A stretch of DNA of 62,164 bases from Capsulimonadales bacterium (GTDB lineage: Bacteria > Armatimonadota > Armatimonadia > Armatimonadales > Armatimonadaceae): NCBI GenBank assembly GCA_033762295.1, contig JANRLW010000125.1, positions 1 to 62,164 of the forward strand, in the 5' to 3' direction. Below the pieces are notes generated by a model that worked only from the letters and a program-made list of their open reading frames with translations, made no database searches and was not told the origin of the DNA. Positions 19,856 to 30,966 of the stretch are shown here, in pieces (the first letter of the stretch is position 1; each line of letters starts with the position of its first letter). The translations under genes were made by a program, and so were the position numbers.

Positions 19856-22219
19856 ATGACGTCGACATCGCCGTTGCGTTTTCTCCGGACCTTTCTGACC
19901 GGAGCCTCCCTGATCGTCGCTCTGGCGGCGACGGCGGGAATGGGCTCCGGCCGGGACGTGTCGGCTGGTGAACGGGTCTACCGTCAGCAATGCGCGTCCT
20001 GCCACGGCGATCGCGGTCAGGGCGGGCCGGGGTACGCCGCTCCCCTGACCGGCACCCGCACGGTCTCGGAACTGGCGAAGTATATCGCCACGTCCATGCC
20101 GCCCGGTCCGAAGCACTGCCCGCCCGCCGAGGCCAAAAAGGTCGCCGCATTCATCCACGAACGGTTTTACTCCCCGGTAGCGCAGGAGCGTAACCGGCCG
20201 GCCACGATCGCGCTGTCCCGTCTGACCGTCAAACAGTTCCGCAACGCGGTCGCCGATCTGGTCGGCGCGTTCCATCCCGCCGTTCCGAACGACCCCCGTC
20301 GCGGACTGCGCGGCGAATACTTCCGAAACCGGGATTTTGACGTCAAGGAACGGGTTCTCGAACGGGAGGACCCGGAGGTCCGCTTCGATTTCGGCACGGA
20401 CGGACCGGTTCCCGGTCAGTTCGCTCCCCATCACTTTTCGATCGCCTGGTCCGGAAGCGTCCTCGCTCCGGATACCGGCGAGTACGAATTCATCGTTCGC
20501 AGCGAACATGCCGTGCGCCTGTATGTCAACGGGGACGCCCCCCCGCTGATCGACGCCTGGGTGAAGTCGGGCAACGACAACGAGTACCGGGGGTCGCTGT
20601 TTCTCCTGGGGGGACGCGCCTACCCGATCCGTCTGGAGTTCTCGAAATCGACGATCGGAGTGGACGATTCCGAACAGAAAAAGGGGAAACCCGCGCCGAA
20701 AGCCTCTATCTCGCTCTCCTGGAAGCGTCCCCGCCTGACCGAGGAGGTTATTCCGCAACGCTGCCTGATCCCGACGCCGAACGCGCCGACCTTTGTCGTC
20801 ACCTCCCCGTTTCCGCCCGACGACCGCAGCATGGGGTACGAACGCGGCGACTCGGTCTCCAAAGCCTGGGACGAAGCGACGACCGCCGCCGCCCTGGAAA
20901 CCGCCAACTACGTGACCGCGCGTCTGCCTGAAATCACCGGTGTCCCGCCGGACGCGCCCGATCGCCGGGCACGGCTCAAAACCTTCTGCCGGGATTTCAT
21001 GACCCGGGCGTTCCGTCGCCCCCTTTCGCCGGAGAAGGAACGCAACGTGCTCGACCGGGCGTTCACTTCCGCCGATCCCGCGATCGCCGTCAAACGCGTC
21101 GTGCTGTTTACGCTGAAGTCGCCGGGCTTTCTCTACCGGGAGATCGACGGTGCGCCGAACGATCCCTACAATATCGCCTCCCGTCTCTCGTTCGGTCTCT
21201 GGGACACGCTCCCGGACCCGGAACTGCTGCGGGCCGCCGCCGCCGGGGAACTGACCGACCGCGCCCGACTTCGTCAACAGGCCGAGCGAATGGCGGCGGA
21301 CCCGCGCGGGTGGAACAAGGTCCGGGAGTTCCTTCTTGCCTGGCTGAAGGTCGATACGGTGCCGGATATGGTCAAAAACAAATCCCTCTACCCGGACTTC
21401 GATCCCCGGGTGGCGTCCGACCTCCGCGCCTCGCTCGAACTCACTCTGGAGAACGTCGTCCGTAGCGAATCGTCCGACTACCGCGAACTGATGATGTCCC
21501 GCTCCCTTTATCTGAACGGTCGACTGGCGAAACTGTACGGCGGCGATGTCCCGGCGGATGCTCCGTTCCAAAAGGTCGAATTTCCGGCCTCGGTCCGTTC
21601 CGGCGTCCTGACTCACCCCTATCTGCTGGCGCACCTCGCCTACACCGACGCCAGTTCGCCGATCCATCGCGGCGTCCTGGTCGTTCGAAATCTGCTGGGC
21701 CGGGTGCTTCAGCCGCCGCCCGTCGCCGTCGCGCCTCTGGCCCCGTCGCTGCATCCGAACATGACCACCCGTGAGCGGGTCACACTGCAGACCCGGCCCA
21801 CCGCCTGTGTTTCCTGCCACAACCTCATCAACCCTCTGGGTTTCACGCTGGAACGGTTCGATGCGATCGGGCGGCTCCGAAAACTTGAAAACGGAAAAAC
21901 GATCGATGCCACGGGCAGTTACCAGGACCGGCAGGGCAAGAAGGTCCGCTTCGCCGATGCGTCCGATCTGGCACGCTATCTTTCCGAAAGCGAGGAGGCG
22001 AAAGGCGCGTTCGCCGAAAAAATGTTCCTGAACCTGGTGAAGCAGCCGGTCCTCGCCTACGGGCCGAACACCCTTCCCGGTCTGAAGCGCGCTTTCGGCG
22101 AAAGCCGGTATAATATTCGACGACTGACCGTGGATATCATGACGATTGCCGCCCTGCCGCCGGGCGCTCCGACCCGTTCCACGACTCCTTCTCCGACCAG
22201 GAAGGTTACCACCCGATGA
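19856..22219 (+). CDS. Cytochrome c/PA14/DUF1595-DUF1592-DUF1588 (PSD/PSCyt) domain protein
   Basis: CASCH near the N-terminus and CVSCH near the C-terminus; PA14 insert (GLRGEYF..FSIAWSG..GEYEF); [39 protein letters not shown]. Confidence 0.9.
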   Translation: MTSTSPLRFLRTFLTGASLIVALAATAGMGSGRDVSAGERVYRQQCASCHGDRGQGGPGYAAPLTGTRTVSELAKYIATSMPPGPKHCPPAEAKKVAAFIHERFYSPVAQERNRPATIALSRLTVKQFRNAVADLVGAFHPAVPNDPRRGLRGEYFRNRDFDVKERVLEREDPEVRFDFGTDGPVPGQFAPHHFSIAWSGSVLAPDTGEYEFIVRSEHAVRLYVNGDAPPLIDAWVKSGNDNEYRGSLFLLGGRAYPIRLEFSKSTIGVDDSEQKKGKPAPKASISLSWKRPRLTEEVIPQRCLIPTPNAPTFVVTSPFPPDDRSMGYERGDSVSKAWDEATTAAALETANYVTARLPEITGVPPDAPDRRARLKTFCRDFMTRAFRRPLSPEKERNVLDRAFTSADPAIAVKRVVLFTLKSPGFLYREIDGAPNDPYNIASRLSFGLWDTLPDPELLRAAAAGELTDRARLRQQAERMAADPRGWNKVREFLLAWLKVDTVPDMVKNKSLYPDFDPRVASDLRASLELTLENVVRSESSDYRELMMSRSLYLNGRLAKLYGGDVPADAPFQKVEFPASVRSGVLTHPYLLAHLAYTDASSPIHRGVLVVRNLLGRVLQPPPVAVAPLAPSLHPNMTTRERVTLQTRPTACVSCHNLINPLGFTLERFDAIGRLRKLENGKTIDATGSYQDRQGKKVRFADASDLARYLSESEEAKGAFAEKMFLNLVKQPVLAYGPNTLPGLKRAFGESRYNIRRLTVDIMTIAALPPGAPTRSTTPSPTRKVTTR

Positions 22220-23535
22220 CGACCCCGAAAACCCGACGCGATTTTCTCCGAGATATCGGTGTCAGTGCCACGGCGCTGCCGTTCCTGCTGAACCTGCCCT
22301 GCTTCGCGGCTCCCGGCGCGCTTCCGCGAAAACGACGGCTCATCGTTATGTTCAGTCCGGACGGAGTCGTGCCCGGAACCTTCTGGCCCGATGAGGAAGG
22401 CACGGAGTTCACCCTGAAGGAAAGCCTGAAACCCCTGACCCCGTTCAAGGATCGGACGCTTATCCTCAGGGGCGTCAGTGACCGGGTCAAGGGCGACGGC
22501 GACAACCATATGCGCGGCATTGGCTGCCTTCTGACCGGGATCGAACTGTTCCCCGGAAACGTGCAGGGCGGTTCGGATACCCCGGCGGGTTGGGCGAGCG
22601 GTCTTTCCATCGATCAGGAGATCAAGAACTACCTGCAGAAAAACCCGAAGACGCGCACCCGGTTCGGCTCCCTGGAGTTCGGCGTCATGGTTCCCGAACA
22701 TGCCGACACCTGGACCCGGATGTCCTACGCCGGACCGAACAAACCCCTCCCTCCGATCGACGATCCCTATCAGATGTTCGGGAAACTCTACGGTCAATCG
22801 AAGGACCGGGAGATGCTGAAAAGCGTGCTCGACGACCTGCGCGAGGACCTGGCGCGCGTCCGGCGGAACGTCGGCGCGGAGGATCGGCGCATTCTGGAGG
22901 AGCATACAAGCCTCGTCCGGGAGATGGAACAGGACCTGCGCGAGGCCGGACGCACCGCCGTCGGGCATGCCGTCCCGACGCTCCCGGCGGGCATCAAACG
23001 CGATAACGACGCCATCCCGGTCATCAGCAAACTCCAGATCGACCTTCTGGTCAACAGTTTCGCCGCCGATTTCGCCCGCGTCGCCACGCTTCAATACACC
23101 AATTCGGTAGGACAGGCGCGAATGACCTGGCTGGGAATTACGGAAGGGCAGCACGACCTGTCGCATAAACCCGACAATGATGCCGACGCGCAGACGAAAC
23201 TGACGAAAATCAACGCCTGGTACTGCGAACAACTGGCCTATCTCGCCAGGCGACTTTCCGAGACGCGAGAGCCGGGCGGGACCGGCAGCCTCCTCGATAA
23301 TACACTGATCGTCTGGACCAACGAACTCGGGCAGGGCAATTCGCACACCCTGGAAAATATCCCGTTCGTTCTGGTCGGGAACGGATTGGGTTTCAAAATG
23401 GGACGTTCCCTGCGCTATGGCGGCGTCCCGCATAACCGGCTCCTGATGTCGCTCGCCCACGGGTTCGGGCATCGCGTTTCGCGCTTCGGCAATCCGAACT
23501 ACTGTGGCGACGGTCCGCTGCCGAACCTGACCTGA
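22216..23535 (+). CDS. DUF1552-family Tat-exported protein
   Basis: TRRDFLR Tat motif, [38 protein letters not shown] overlap with the upstream gene. Confidence 0.9.
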   Translation: MTTPKTRRDFLRDIGVSATALPFLLNLPCFAAPGALPRKRRLIVMFSPDGVVPGTFWPDEEGTEFTLKESLKPLTPFKDRTLILRGVSDRVKGDGDNHMRGIGCLLTGIELFPGNVQGGSDTPAGWASGLSIDQEIKNYLQKNPKTRTRFGSLEFGVMVPEHADTWTRMSYAGPNKPLPPIDDPYQMFGKLYGQSKDREMLKSVLDDLREDLARVRRNVGAEDRRILEEHTSLVREMEQDLREAGRTAVGHAVPTLPAGIKRDNDAIPVISKLQIDLLVNSFAADFARVATLQYTNSVGQARMTWLGITEGQHDLSHKPDNDADAQTKLTKINAWYCEQLAYLARRLSETREPGGTGSLLDNTLIVWTNELGQGNSHTLENIPFVLVGNGLGFKMGRSLRYGGVPHNRLLMSLAHGFGHRVSRFGNPNYCGDGPLPNLT

Positions 23536-23539
23536 CAGG

Positions 23540-23565
23540 GTCGGGGGTGACTCCTCTCCCCCGAC
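23540..23565. terminator. Hairpin between convergent genes
   Basis: GTCGGGGG..CCCCCGAC inverted repeat; no U tract. Confidence 0.45.
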
Positions 23566-25773
23566 TCAGGTCGCAGCGGCCTGCGTCAGGGGGAAGCGGA
23601 TGAGGACGCGCGCGCCACCTTCCGAACGGTTCTCATAAAGCACCGTGCCGTTCAGATCGAACTCCACCAGGGAGGCGATCAGATCCAGACCGGTGTTGGC
23701 GCTGGTTTCCGGATTGAATCCGTCCGGAAAGCCGGGGCCGTCGTCGCTGATTTCGAGCGAACCATCTCCGTCCCCCACCCGAAAGGTCACCTCGACGGTC
23801 TGTCGGCCATGTTTGATCGCATTGGACGCGGCCTCATTCGTGATCAATGCCAGCGTCGTCGCCGTTCGCATCGTCAGCGGGGTGTCGTCGATCCGAAATG
23901 TCAGCCGGTGCCGTCGCGCCGTCTCCCGAAAGATCTCCAGCACCCGTTCCAGCATCCCCTGGCTGGAAATGGACTCGGTCACGACGTTGACGTCCGCCTT
24001 CCACTCCAGCGTCAGGATATCCTGCAGCACGGACAGCGTTCGGATCTGCGTCGCAAACCGCCGAAACTCCTCCGCCGAGATCCGCTCCTCGCCGTTCATC
24101 AATACCATATCGACGGTGGCCGCCAGAAGCTGTAGCTGGTTCTTGATCCGGTGGCTCGACTCAAAGATGGCCCGGTGCAGTCGGTTATTGAGCTGATGGA
24201 TCCGGGCTTCGGTCTGCTGTCGCTCCGTGATGTCGCGCAGAATCACCGTCAGCAGTTTTTGTCCGCCCGCCTCCGCCCGGGAAACGGTCGCCTCGATCGG
24301 AAACGCCTCGCCGTTCGACCGCAGCGCAGTCAGTGGCCGGAGTCCGGGGGACACGTTCCCGGAAGCGTCGCTTTCCTCGAACAGGCGAAGGACCGAGGCA
24401 TTCCCCTCCTGCGTTGCCGCTGGCAGGAAACGATCGATCGTTTGCCCGAGCACTTCGGACGCCGGACAGCCGAAGACGCGCTCGGCGGCCCGATTGAAGA
24501 CGACCAGGCGATGTTGTTCATCGAGACAGAGAATGGCATCGGTGGCGGAAGCGATGATTCCCGCCAGACGCGCCTCACTCAGGCGTAACGCCTCGCTGGC
24601 CCGGTGCCGCTCGCTGACATCCAGGGTGACCCCGCGCATACCGATCGGCTGCCCGTCCGCGTTTCGAATGACCATCGAGTGGGTCTCGACCGGAATACTC
24701 CGTCCGTCGCGGGTCACCCAGCGAAACGGATTGATATGGGTCTGCAGATGCTCCCAGGCGTACCGCGCCCGGTTCGCCGCCCCTTCCCTATCGTCGGGGT
24801 GGACGATCGAAAGCCAGAAATTCGGCGTGGACATCCATTCTTCGACGGTATATCCGAGCAGGCTCTCCACGTAATCGCTGACAAAATTGATCCGCTGGTC
24901 TGCGGCATCCGGTTCGCCCCATGCCTCCCAGACCACACCGGGGACGGTCGCGATGCGATCGTTCATCAGTCGCTGCCGGTTTTGAATCTCCGCCAGCAGG
25001 CGTCCTCGCTCCTCCTCTCGAAGCTTGCGTTCGGTGATGTTCTTGAAGAGCAGGAGGAAACGGCCGTGCGGACGCACCGGTGTCGCGAACACATCGAACC
25101 ATCGCTCCATCGGCAGGGAATGGCTTTCAAACCGAATCGTTTCCCCGCCCAGTCCGACGCGCGCATAGGTTTCGACCCAGAAACGCTCCAGGCCGGGCAC
25201 CAGTTCGAGCGCGGTCCGCCCCACGGGATTACGTAACCCCGTCATCGATTCGAACAACGGGTTGATTTCCAGAAAGCGGTAATCGACCGGATTCCCGTCG
25301 GCATCGACGATCATCTCGCACAGGCAGTACCCCTCATCGACCGCGGCGAAGAGCGTGTCGAATCGCGCTTCTCGCTCCCGCATCGCCTCCTCGGCGGCCC
25401 GTCGATCGATTCGCTCCTGTCGGTTCTCCTCGGTCAGCCGAACCCGGTCCAGCGCCATCGCTCCGAGGTTCGCGACAATCCGAAGAAAGGCGTCCCTTTC
25501 CGGGTCCGTGCGGCCCTCCGGCGGATCGGGACAGACCAGACTGCCGTAAACCCGTTCGCCGACGCGCAGCGGCAGAATCGTCCGGACGAGGGAGTCGTTT
25601 TCGTCAGCGATCCGTGTCGGCTCGGTCGGACGTCCCGCGTCGTCGGTCAGGACGACCACCGCTTCGGCAAGGTTCGCCGGCCCGACCGCGTTTCGGAGTA
25701 TTTCGACAATAGCTTCCGTCGAGGTGGCGTCGACAAGCGCTTGCGTCAGACGATGGATTTCGTTCGTGAACAT
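23566..25773 (-). CDS. Cytoplasmic multi-PAS sensor histidine kinase (HisKA_2-type)
   Basis: GAF-like N-terminus, three PAS-like segments, H-box ESSHRIKNQLQ, NEAASNAIKHG, DDGPG, TGL, GGA. An alternative start at 25818 is possible. Confidence 0.9.
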   Translation of the reverse strand: MFTNEIHRLTQALVDATSTEAIVEILRNAVGPANLAEAVVVLTDDAGRPTEPTRIADENDSLVRTILPLRVGERVYGSLVCPDPPEGRTDPERDAFLRIVANLGAMALDRVRLTEENRQERIDRRAAEEAMREREARFDTLFAAVDEGYCLCEMIVDADGNPVDYRFLEINPLFESMTGLRNPVGRTALELVPGLERFWVETYARVGLGGETIRFESHSLPMERWFDVFATPVRPHGRFLLLFKNITERKLREEERGRLLAEIQNRQRLMNDRIATVPGVVWEAWGEPDAADQRINFVSDYVESLLGYTVEEWMSTPNFWLSIVHPDDREGAANRARYAWEHLQTHINPFRWVTRDGRSIPVETHSMVIRNADGQPIGMRGVTLDVSERHRASEALRLSEARLAGIIASATDAILCLDEQHRLVVFNRAAERVFGCPASEVLGQTIDRFLPAATQEGNASVLRLFEESDASGNVSPGLRPLTALRSNGEAFPIEATVSRAEAGGQKLLTVILRDITERQQTEARIHQLNNRLHRAIFESSHRIKNQLQLLAATVDMVLMNGEERISAEEFRRFATQIRTLSVLQDILTLEWKADVNVVTESISSQGMLERVLEIFRETARRHRLTFRIDDTPLTMRTATTLALITNEAASNAIKHGRQTVEVTFRVGDGDGSLEISDDGPGFPDGFNPETSANTGLDLIASLVEFDLNGTVLYENRSEGGARVLIRFPLTQAAAT

Positions 25774-25938
25774 GAATGCTTTTCGGTATTGTATCGGGAA
25801 ACGGATCGGGCGTTCCACCGCCCGGTAGCGGTCGAGCCGACAGGGTGGATCGCCAACCCGTATGTACCGGCCATTCCGTCCGATAGGCGACGATTTCGAT
25901 CCAGGCTCGCTTCCGGGTCTTCTCCGAACCTTTCCGTG

Positions 25939-26409
25939 TTACAGGTCAACGACCACGTCCCCGTTTTCGTCGACCGAGCAGGGATAGGCGGCCACCCGGC
26001 TCTCGGCGTCATAGAGTCCCTTACCCGTCACGATATCGAACTCCCAGCCGTGCCAGGGACAGCGCAGGATGCGCCCGGTCAGGTCGGGACGAAACTCGAA
26101 CACCTCGCCGGGACGATGGGTGGCATGTACGCTTCCCTGACAGAGCGGTGCGCCCTGATGCGGGCAGACGTTCGCCAGAGCGAAGTACGTTCCTTCCAGA
26201 TTGAACACGCCGTAAGAACGTCCGGTTCCCGGATCGCTCACGATCCGTCGCTCTCCCGGCGGCAGTTCGGCGGCGGCGCAGACGATCAATCGCCCGCGCT
26301 GCCGCGCTTTGGGCGGCCTTGCCTCATCGACGATTCGAAAGGCCCGGTCGAGGGCGGTGTTCTCGGTGCCGTAACCGCCCAGTCGAATATCCTGTCCCGG
26401 CCGGTTCAT
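25939..26409 (-). CDS. Rieske [2Fe-2S] ferredoxin
   Basis: CPHQGAPL...CPWHGWEF. Confidence 0.93.
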   Translation of the reverse strand: MNRPGQDIRLGGYGTENTALDRAFRIVDEARPPKARQRGRLIVCAAAELPPGERRIVSDPGTGRSYGVFNLEGTYFALANVCPHQGAPLCQGSVHATHRPGEVFEFRPDLTGRILRCPWHGWEFDIVTGKGLYDAESRVAAYPCSVDENGDVVVDL

Positions 26410-27488
26410 ACGGTTCCTCCCGTGCGTTCCGAAAGCGGCGGCAGGCGGTACAATTCGGCCGCGTTCTCATAAAGCACGCGACGGCGAAGCGCCGCATCGG
26501 CTCCGGGGAGGACGCAGCGCGGATCATCGAAATCCCAGTGCGGAAAGTCCGAAGCGTAACAGAGCGTCTTTTCGGCACGGATCATTTCGAGCATCGGCAA
26601 CAGATGCCGGGGGTCGGTCGGTTCCTCGGTCGGCTGTGTGCTCAGGCGGACATGATCGATCAGGTATTCGGACGGAGCGCGTTTCAGCCAGGGAGTGAGG
26701 CTTCGTAACGCCTTGAAGTTTTTGTCCATGCGCCACATCGTGTGCGATAGCCAGGAGACTCCCCCCTCGACCAGAATGATCCGGAGGCCGGGAAAATGCT
26801 CGAAAACCCCTTCCGTCACCAGGCTGATCAGGTGCGCCTGAAAGGTCAGCGGAATGCCCGTATGCCATTCGAAGTAGTTGGACGGGCGACCGACCGGCGT
26901 CGAGGAGCGAAGGCATCCTTCCGAACCCGGATGGATGGCGAACGGCAAACCCAGTTCCTCACACGCCTCGTAGATCGGGAAGTAACGGCGATGGCCGTAC
27001 AGGTCGAAACTTTCGGAGCAGACCACGACCTGAACGAATTGCGTATGGGACGCCTTCGCACGGCGTATCTCCCGCGCGGCGGCGGTCGCATCGACGGTGT
27101 TGATACAGATGGAACCGAGGTAGCGCGGATCGGCGTCGAGCCACTCGGCGGCCTGCCAGTCGTTCCAGGCGCGGGCCTTGGCGGTCCCGACATCGGGGTT
27201 CGTGGTCAGGCTGGCATTGTATCCCGGCGGCTGCAGGACGCCGTAAACGATCCCGTACCGGTCGAACAGGTCGATGGCGACCTGCTTCGGATCGTCACAG
27301 GCGGCGTCACGCCGGTCGACGCCGAACGGATTACTGTATCCGTGGCCGGGCTGTCCGCCCATGCCCTGGCGCATCGCCTCCTGAAACGCCGCCGGAATAT
27401 ACGGTCCGACCGGCCGTGCGTTGGTCGAGGGATGAATATCGCAGTCGATAATCGGCACCGGCGCGGTCCCTTCGGCAGGAACGGTCAT
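26406..27488 (-). CDS. Amidohydrolase_2 family metal-dependent hydrolase/decarboxylase
   Basis: IDCDIH, AIHP, EGG, ASDFPHWD, NAAELY. Confidence 0.92.
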   Translation of the reverse strand: MTVPAEGTAPVPIIDCDIHPSTNARPVGPYIPAAFQEAMRQGMGGQPGHGYSNPFGVDRRDAACDDPKQVAIDLFDRYGIVYGVLQPPGYNASLTTNPDVGTAKARAWNDWQAAEWLDADPRYLGSICINTVDATAAAREIRRAKASHTQFVQVVVCSESFDLYGHRRYFPIYEACEELGLPFAIHPGSEGCLRSSTPVGRPSNYFEWHTGIPLTFQAHLISLVTEGVFEHFPGLRIILVEGGVSWLSHTMWRMDKNFKALRSLTPWLKRAPSEYLIDHVRLSTQPTEEPTDPRHLLPMLEMIRAEKTLCYASDFPHWDFDDPRCVLPGADAALRRRVLYENAAELYRLPPLSERTGGTV

Positions 27489-27517
27489 ACAAGCACCTCC
27501 GCATCGAGATATTGAGA

Positions 27518-28408
27518 TCAGGCCCCCGGTTCCGCCTTCGTCGCCGAACGGACAACCAGCACGGAGCAGGGCGCATGGTGCAGTACGTAATTCGAGACGC
27601 TGCCGAGAAGAATCTCCTCCCAGCCCGACCGGCCGCGCGACCCGATGACGATCAGATCGGTCCCGTCCTCACGCGCCAGTTCCGTGAGAGCCTCCCCCGC
27701 ATTCCGATTCTCCACGGTATCCGTCCGGAAGGTACAGCCGATCCCCCGGTCGCGGAGCAAGCGGATCATCTCCTCCTGCGTGGCGACGATATGAGCGCGA
27801 TCCTCCTCAACCAGTCGATCGACATCCGTCCCGGAAGCGAGCAACAGAATGCCCGCTCCCCCGGTAAAAAGCGGGTTCGGCAGGACAACGCTCACCACGC
27901 GAATATCACAGATGGCGGAGAGGGGCAGTGCGGGCAGCCAGTGCGCGGCCGCCAGAGCGTCCGGCGAACCGTCGAAGGCGAGCAGAATCCGGTCGAACGC
28001 CTCTCCGACGACCGGCGCAGCCATCAGGGTCGGGCAGGGCGCGTGCCGAACGACCCCATCGGCGACGCTTCCCGGAAACAGTCGGTGCAGGGCGGAACGG
28101 CCGCCAACCCCCACGACGACCAGATCGGAGTCGAGACGGGCCGCTTCTTGCGCGATCGCCTCGACCACCGCCGCCGTTCCGTTTTCGGCGCGCAGAATCG
28201 AACGGGTTATCTCCCCGGCGAACCCGGCAAGCGCTTCGTGCGTCGCTTCCAGCACTTCCGTGCCTTCCGTATCGTCCGGGTCGCGGTCCTCCGGACAAAC
28301 GGTCACGAGATGGAGACGGACTCGATCCGGGTGCGGCAGGTGCGTCAGAAAACGGGCCGCGCCCAGCGCACTCGATGATCCGTCGGTAGCGTACAGGATA
28401 TCGAACAT
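27518..28408 (-). CDS. Universal stress protein (tandem USP domains)
   Basis: ILYATDGS..DLVVVG..GSVADGVVRHAPCP and ILLAFDGS..DLIVIGSRG..GSVSNYVLHHAPCSVLVV. Confidence 0.95.
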   Translation of the reverse strand: MFDILYATDGSSSALGAARFLTHLPHPDRVRLHLVTVCPEDRDPDDTEGTEVLEATHEALAGFAGEITRSILRAENGTAAVVEAIAQEAARLDSDLVVVGVGGRSALHRLFPGSVADGVVRHAPCPTLMAAPVVGEAFDRILLAFDGSPDALAAAHWLPALPLSAICDIRVVSVVLPNPLFTGGAGILLLASGTDVDRLVEEDRAHIVATQEEMIRLLRDRGIGCTFRTDTVENRNAGEALTELAREDGTDLIVIGSRGRSGWEEILLGSVSNYVLHHAPCSVLVVRSATKAEPGA

Positions 28409-28461
28409 GTTACTTGCTTCGTATTATGCCGGATTTTCCGGGAAATCGCTCTTTCGGCCGC

Positions 28462-29439
28462 CTATTGCTCCAGAATGTAAGCGAACATCAGCGGCGCGAC
28501 AATCGTGGCGTCGGACTCGATAACGAATTTCGGCGTATCGATTCCCAGCTTGCCCCAGGTAATCTTCTCGTTCGGAACCGCTCCGGAGTAGGAGCCATAG
28601 CTGGTCGTGGAATCGCTGATCTGGCAGAAGTATCCCCAGACCGGCGTATCCGTCCGCTGCAGGTCCTGGTGCAACATCGGCACGACGCAGATCGGGAAAT
28701 CTCCCGCAATCCCCCCTCCGATCTGGAAGAAGCCGAGGGAATGATCGAACGCGGTTTCCATATAATAGTTCGCCAGAACCATCATATACTCGATCCCGGT
28801 TCGGACGGTGTGAACGTTTTTGACGTCGCCGGTCATGCAGTGTCCGGCGTACATATTCCCCATGGTCGAGTCCTCCCAGCCCGGCACGATGATCGGGAGG
28901 TTTTTCTCCATGGCCGCATACATCCAGGAGTCCTTGCGGTCGATCTGATAGTATTGCTCCAGCACGCCCGACCGGAGCAGGCGGTAAATGAACTCATGCG
29001 GAAAGTAGCGTTCCCCGGCCGCGTCGGCGCGGGTCCACTCGTCGACCAGGGCGCTTTCCAGCCGGCGCATCGCCTCCATCTCCGGGATGCAGGTATCGGT
29101 GACGCGGTTCATATGCCGGTCGAGCAGGGCTTTCTCGTCGGCGGGCGTCAGGTCGCGATAGTGCGGCACACGCTCATAGAAGTCGCGGGCGATCAGGTTG
29201 AAGATATCCTCCTCCAGATTCGCCCCCGTACATGAGATAATCTGCACCTTGTCCTGCCGGATCATCTCCGCCAGCGAAAGGCCCAGTTCGGCGGTGCTCA
29301 TCGCCCCGGCCAGCGTCATCATCATGTAGCCGCCGTCCGCCAGATGTTTTTTATAAGCTTCCGCCGCGTCGACCAGCGCCGCCGCGTTGAAGTGCCGGTA
29401 GTGATGCCGGATGAATTGACTGATCGGTCCCGTCGCCAT
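28462..29439 (-). CDS. Deoxyhypusine synthase-like protein
   Basis: LAGAMSTA, TGANLEED, IGGG, GSYSGA..EKITWGK, SDATIV. Confidence 0.93.
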   Translation of the reverse strand: MATGPISQFIRHHYRHFNAAALVDAAEAYKKHLADGGYMMMTLAGAMSTAELGLSLAEMIRQDKVQIISCTGANLEEDIFNLIARDFYERVPHYRDLTPADEKALLDRHMNRVTDTCIPEMEAMRRLESALVDEWTRADAAGERYFPHEFIYRLLRSGVLEQYYQIDRKDSWMYAAMEKNLPIIVPGWEDSTMGNMYAGHCMTGDVKNVHTVRTGIEYMMVLANYYMETAFDHSLGFFQIGGGIAGDFPICVVPMLHQDLQRTDTPVWGYFCQISDSTTSYGSYSGAVPNEKITWGKLGIDTPKFVIESDATIVAPLMFAYILEQ

Positions 29440-29514
29440 ATCGTCTCCCCAGGTTCGAAAAGTATCCGGCTATTGTACGGAATCCTCCTTCGGGGAGCAA
29501 CCCGAAAACCGAAC

Positions 29515-30966
29515 CTATCGCAGGGATGCCAGAACTTCGTCGAGCGGAATCAGGGCGAAACTCGACGCGTAGTCACTCATCGCATAGGGCAAAATCAACA
29601 TTCCGTTATGGACCTCGCCGCCGCAGGAGTAGACGACATTGGGGACATACCCCTCCCGCTCGTTCTCGTTCGGCGACAGAATCGGCGTTTTCGTGCGCCC
29701 CAGCACCTTCGTCGGGTCGTTTTTATCGAGCAGCGCCGCGCCGATCGCGTATTTTCGCATCGGGCCGACGCCGTGCGTCAGGAGGAGCCAGCCCTCCTCC
29801 GTCTCGATCGGCGAACCGCAGTTGCCCAGTTGTACGAACTCCCACGGAAAAGCCGGCTTGAGGAGCAGCGTCTTTGTATACCAGAAATGCAGGTGCTCCG
29901 AGAACATAATGTAGATATTCTCGCCATCCTGCCGGCTGATCATCGCATACTGACCGTTGACCTTGCGGGGAAAGAGAGCCATCCCCTTGTTCATCACTTC
30001 CGGACCGTTCAGGGTCGAAATCTCGAAGTGCAGGAAATCGGTGGTTTCCAGGATCTGCGGCAGGATCGTCTTTCCGTCATACGCCGTATAGGTGGCGTAG
30101 TAACGGACCTTGCCATTGGCTTCGACGAAGCGGACGAACCGCGCATCCTCGATCCCGTTGCTTTCCGACGGCGCATACGGGAAGATCACCCGCTCGGAAA
30201 GATCGGACTCCCGATCGTAGTAAACGGCGTAATTCGCCTGCGCCAGCGCCAGAATGTCATTCGCCGCCCGATGCGCCTCCTCGCCCCGCCCCCGGTTGAT
30301 GCGTCGCAACATCTGCACCGCCGTCCGCAGATGCTCCATGGTAAAATGCTCGTCCAGTTGCGCCAGTACACCGGCGACATAGTCCGAGTACCGCTCCATC
30401 TCCAGCAGTTTCTTCTCGAACAGCGCTTTTTCATAAGAGGCGTTCGGAACCACCTCGGGCGTGGTCACATAGGGCGAATCCTCGTCCAGCGTGAGAGAAT
30501 TATCCGCCCCCATCACCCCGCTGCGGAACGTGATCGACGACAGATGCCCCTCTCCGACCGCGCGCAGACTGATGATGAACCGCCGTGCGCCCTCCGGCAA
30601 CCCCGACTGATCCGGATGCCAGACCAGCGAAGGATTGAACAGAGCGGCCGACTCCAGCGAGTACTCCATCGAAAGGTACGCGCCAATCACCATCCGACGT
30701 AGCTCCGACAACGGCTGATCGGTCGGCACATGCTGCTTGATCTGCTCGAACCGACGGAGGAAATATGTCTTCAAACGTTCCCGATGGTACCGGGCAGCAA
30801 ACTCGGCAAGGATGACCTTTGCCTCACAGACGATCTCTTCCTCGGATAGCGACATCACGCGAGCGATGATTCGGAGGTATCGCTGCTCGACGGAGAATTG
30901 AAACGGACGAAACAGGACTCGCTTGCTGTTGGGCGCGAGAACAATTCCGGTGCGCTGAACGTTCAC
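29515..30966 (-). CDS. Glycoside hydrolase family 130 (mannoside phosphorylase/hydrolase-like) with N-terminal extension
   Basis: ALFNPS, GIEDARF, TYTAYDG, NKGMALFP, GYVPNVVYSCG; GTG start. Confidence 0.9.
   Translation of the reverse strand: MNVQRTGIVLAPNSKRVLFRPFQFSVEQRYLRIIARVMSLSEEEIVCEAKVILAEFAARYHRERLKTYFLRRFEQIKQHVPTDQPLSELRRMVIGAYLSMEYSLESAALFNPSLVWHPDQSGLPEGARRFIISLRAVGEGHLSSITFRSGVMGADNSLTLDEDSPYVTTPEVVPNASYEKALFEKKLLEMERYSDYVAGVLAQLDEHFTMEHLRTAVQMLRRINRGRGEEAHRAANDILALAQANYAVYYDRESDLSERVIFPYAPSESNGIEDARFVRFVEANGKVRYYATYTAYDGKTILPQILETTDFLHFEISTLNGPEVMNKGMALFPRKVNGQYAMISRQDGENIYIMFSEHLHFWYTKTLLLKPAFPWEFVQLGNCGSPIETEEGWLLLTHGVGPMRKYAIGAALLDKNDPTKVLGRTKTPILSPNENEREGYVPNVVYSCGGEVHNGMLILPYAMSDYASSFALIPLDEVLASLR

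Noticed and set aside
19664..21820. Long antisense ORFs (also 17242-19170, 33721-35766, 46069-48120, 56205-58430)
   Set aside because: They mirror well-supported genes on the other strand and have no recognisable domains.
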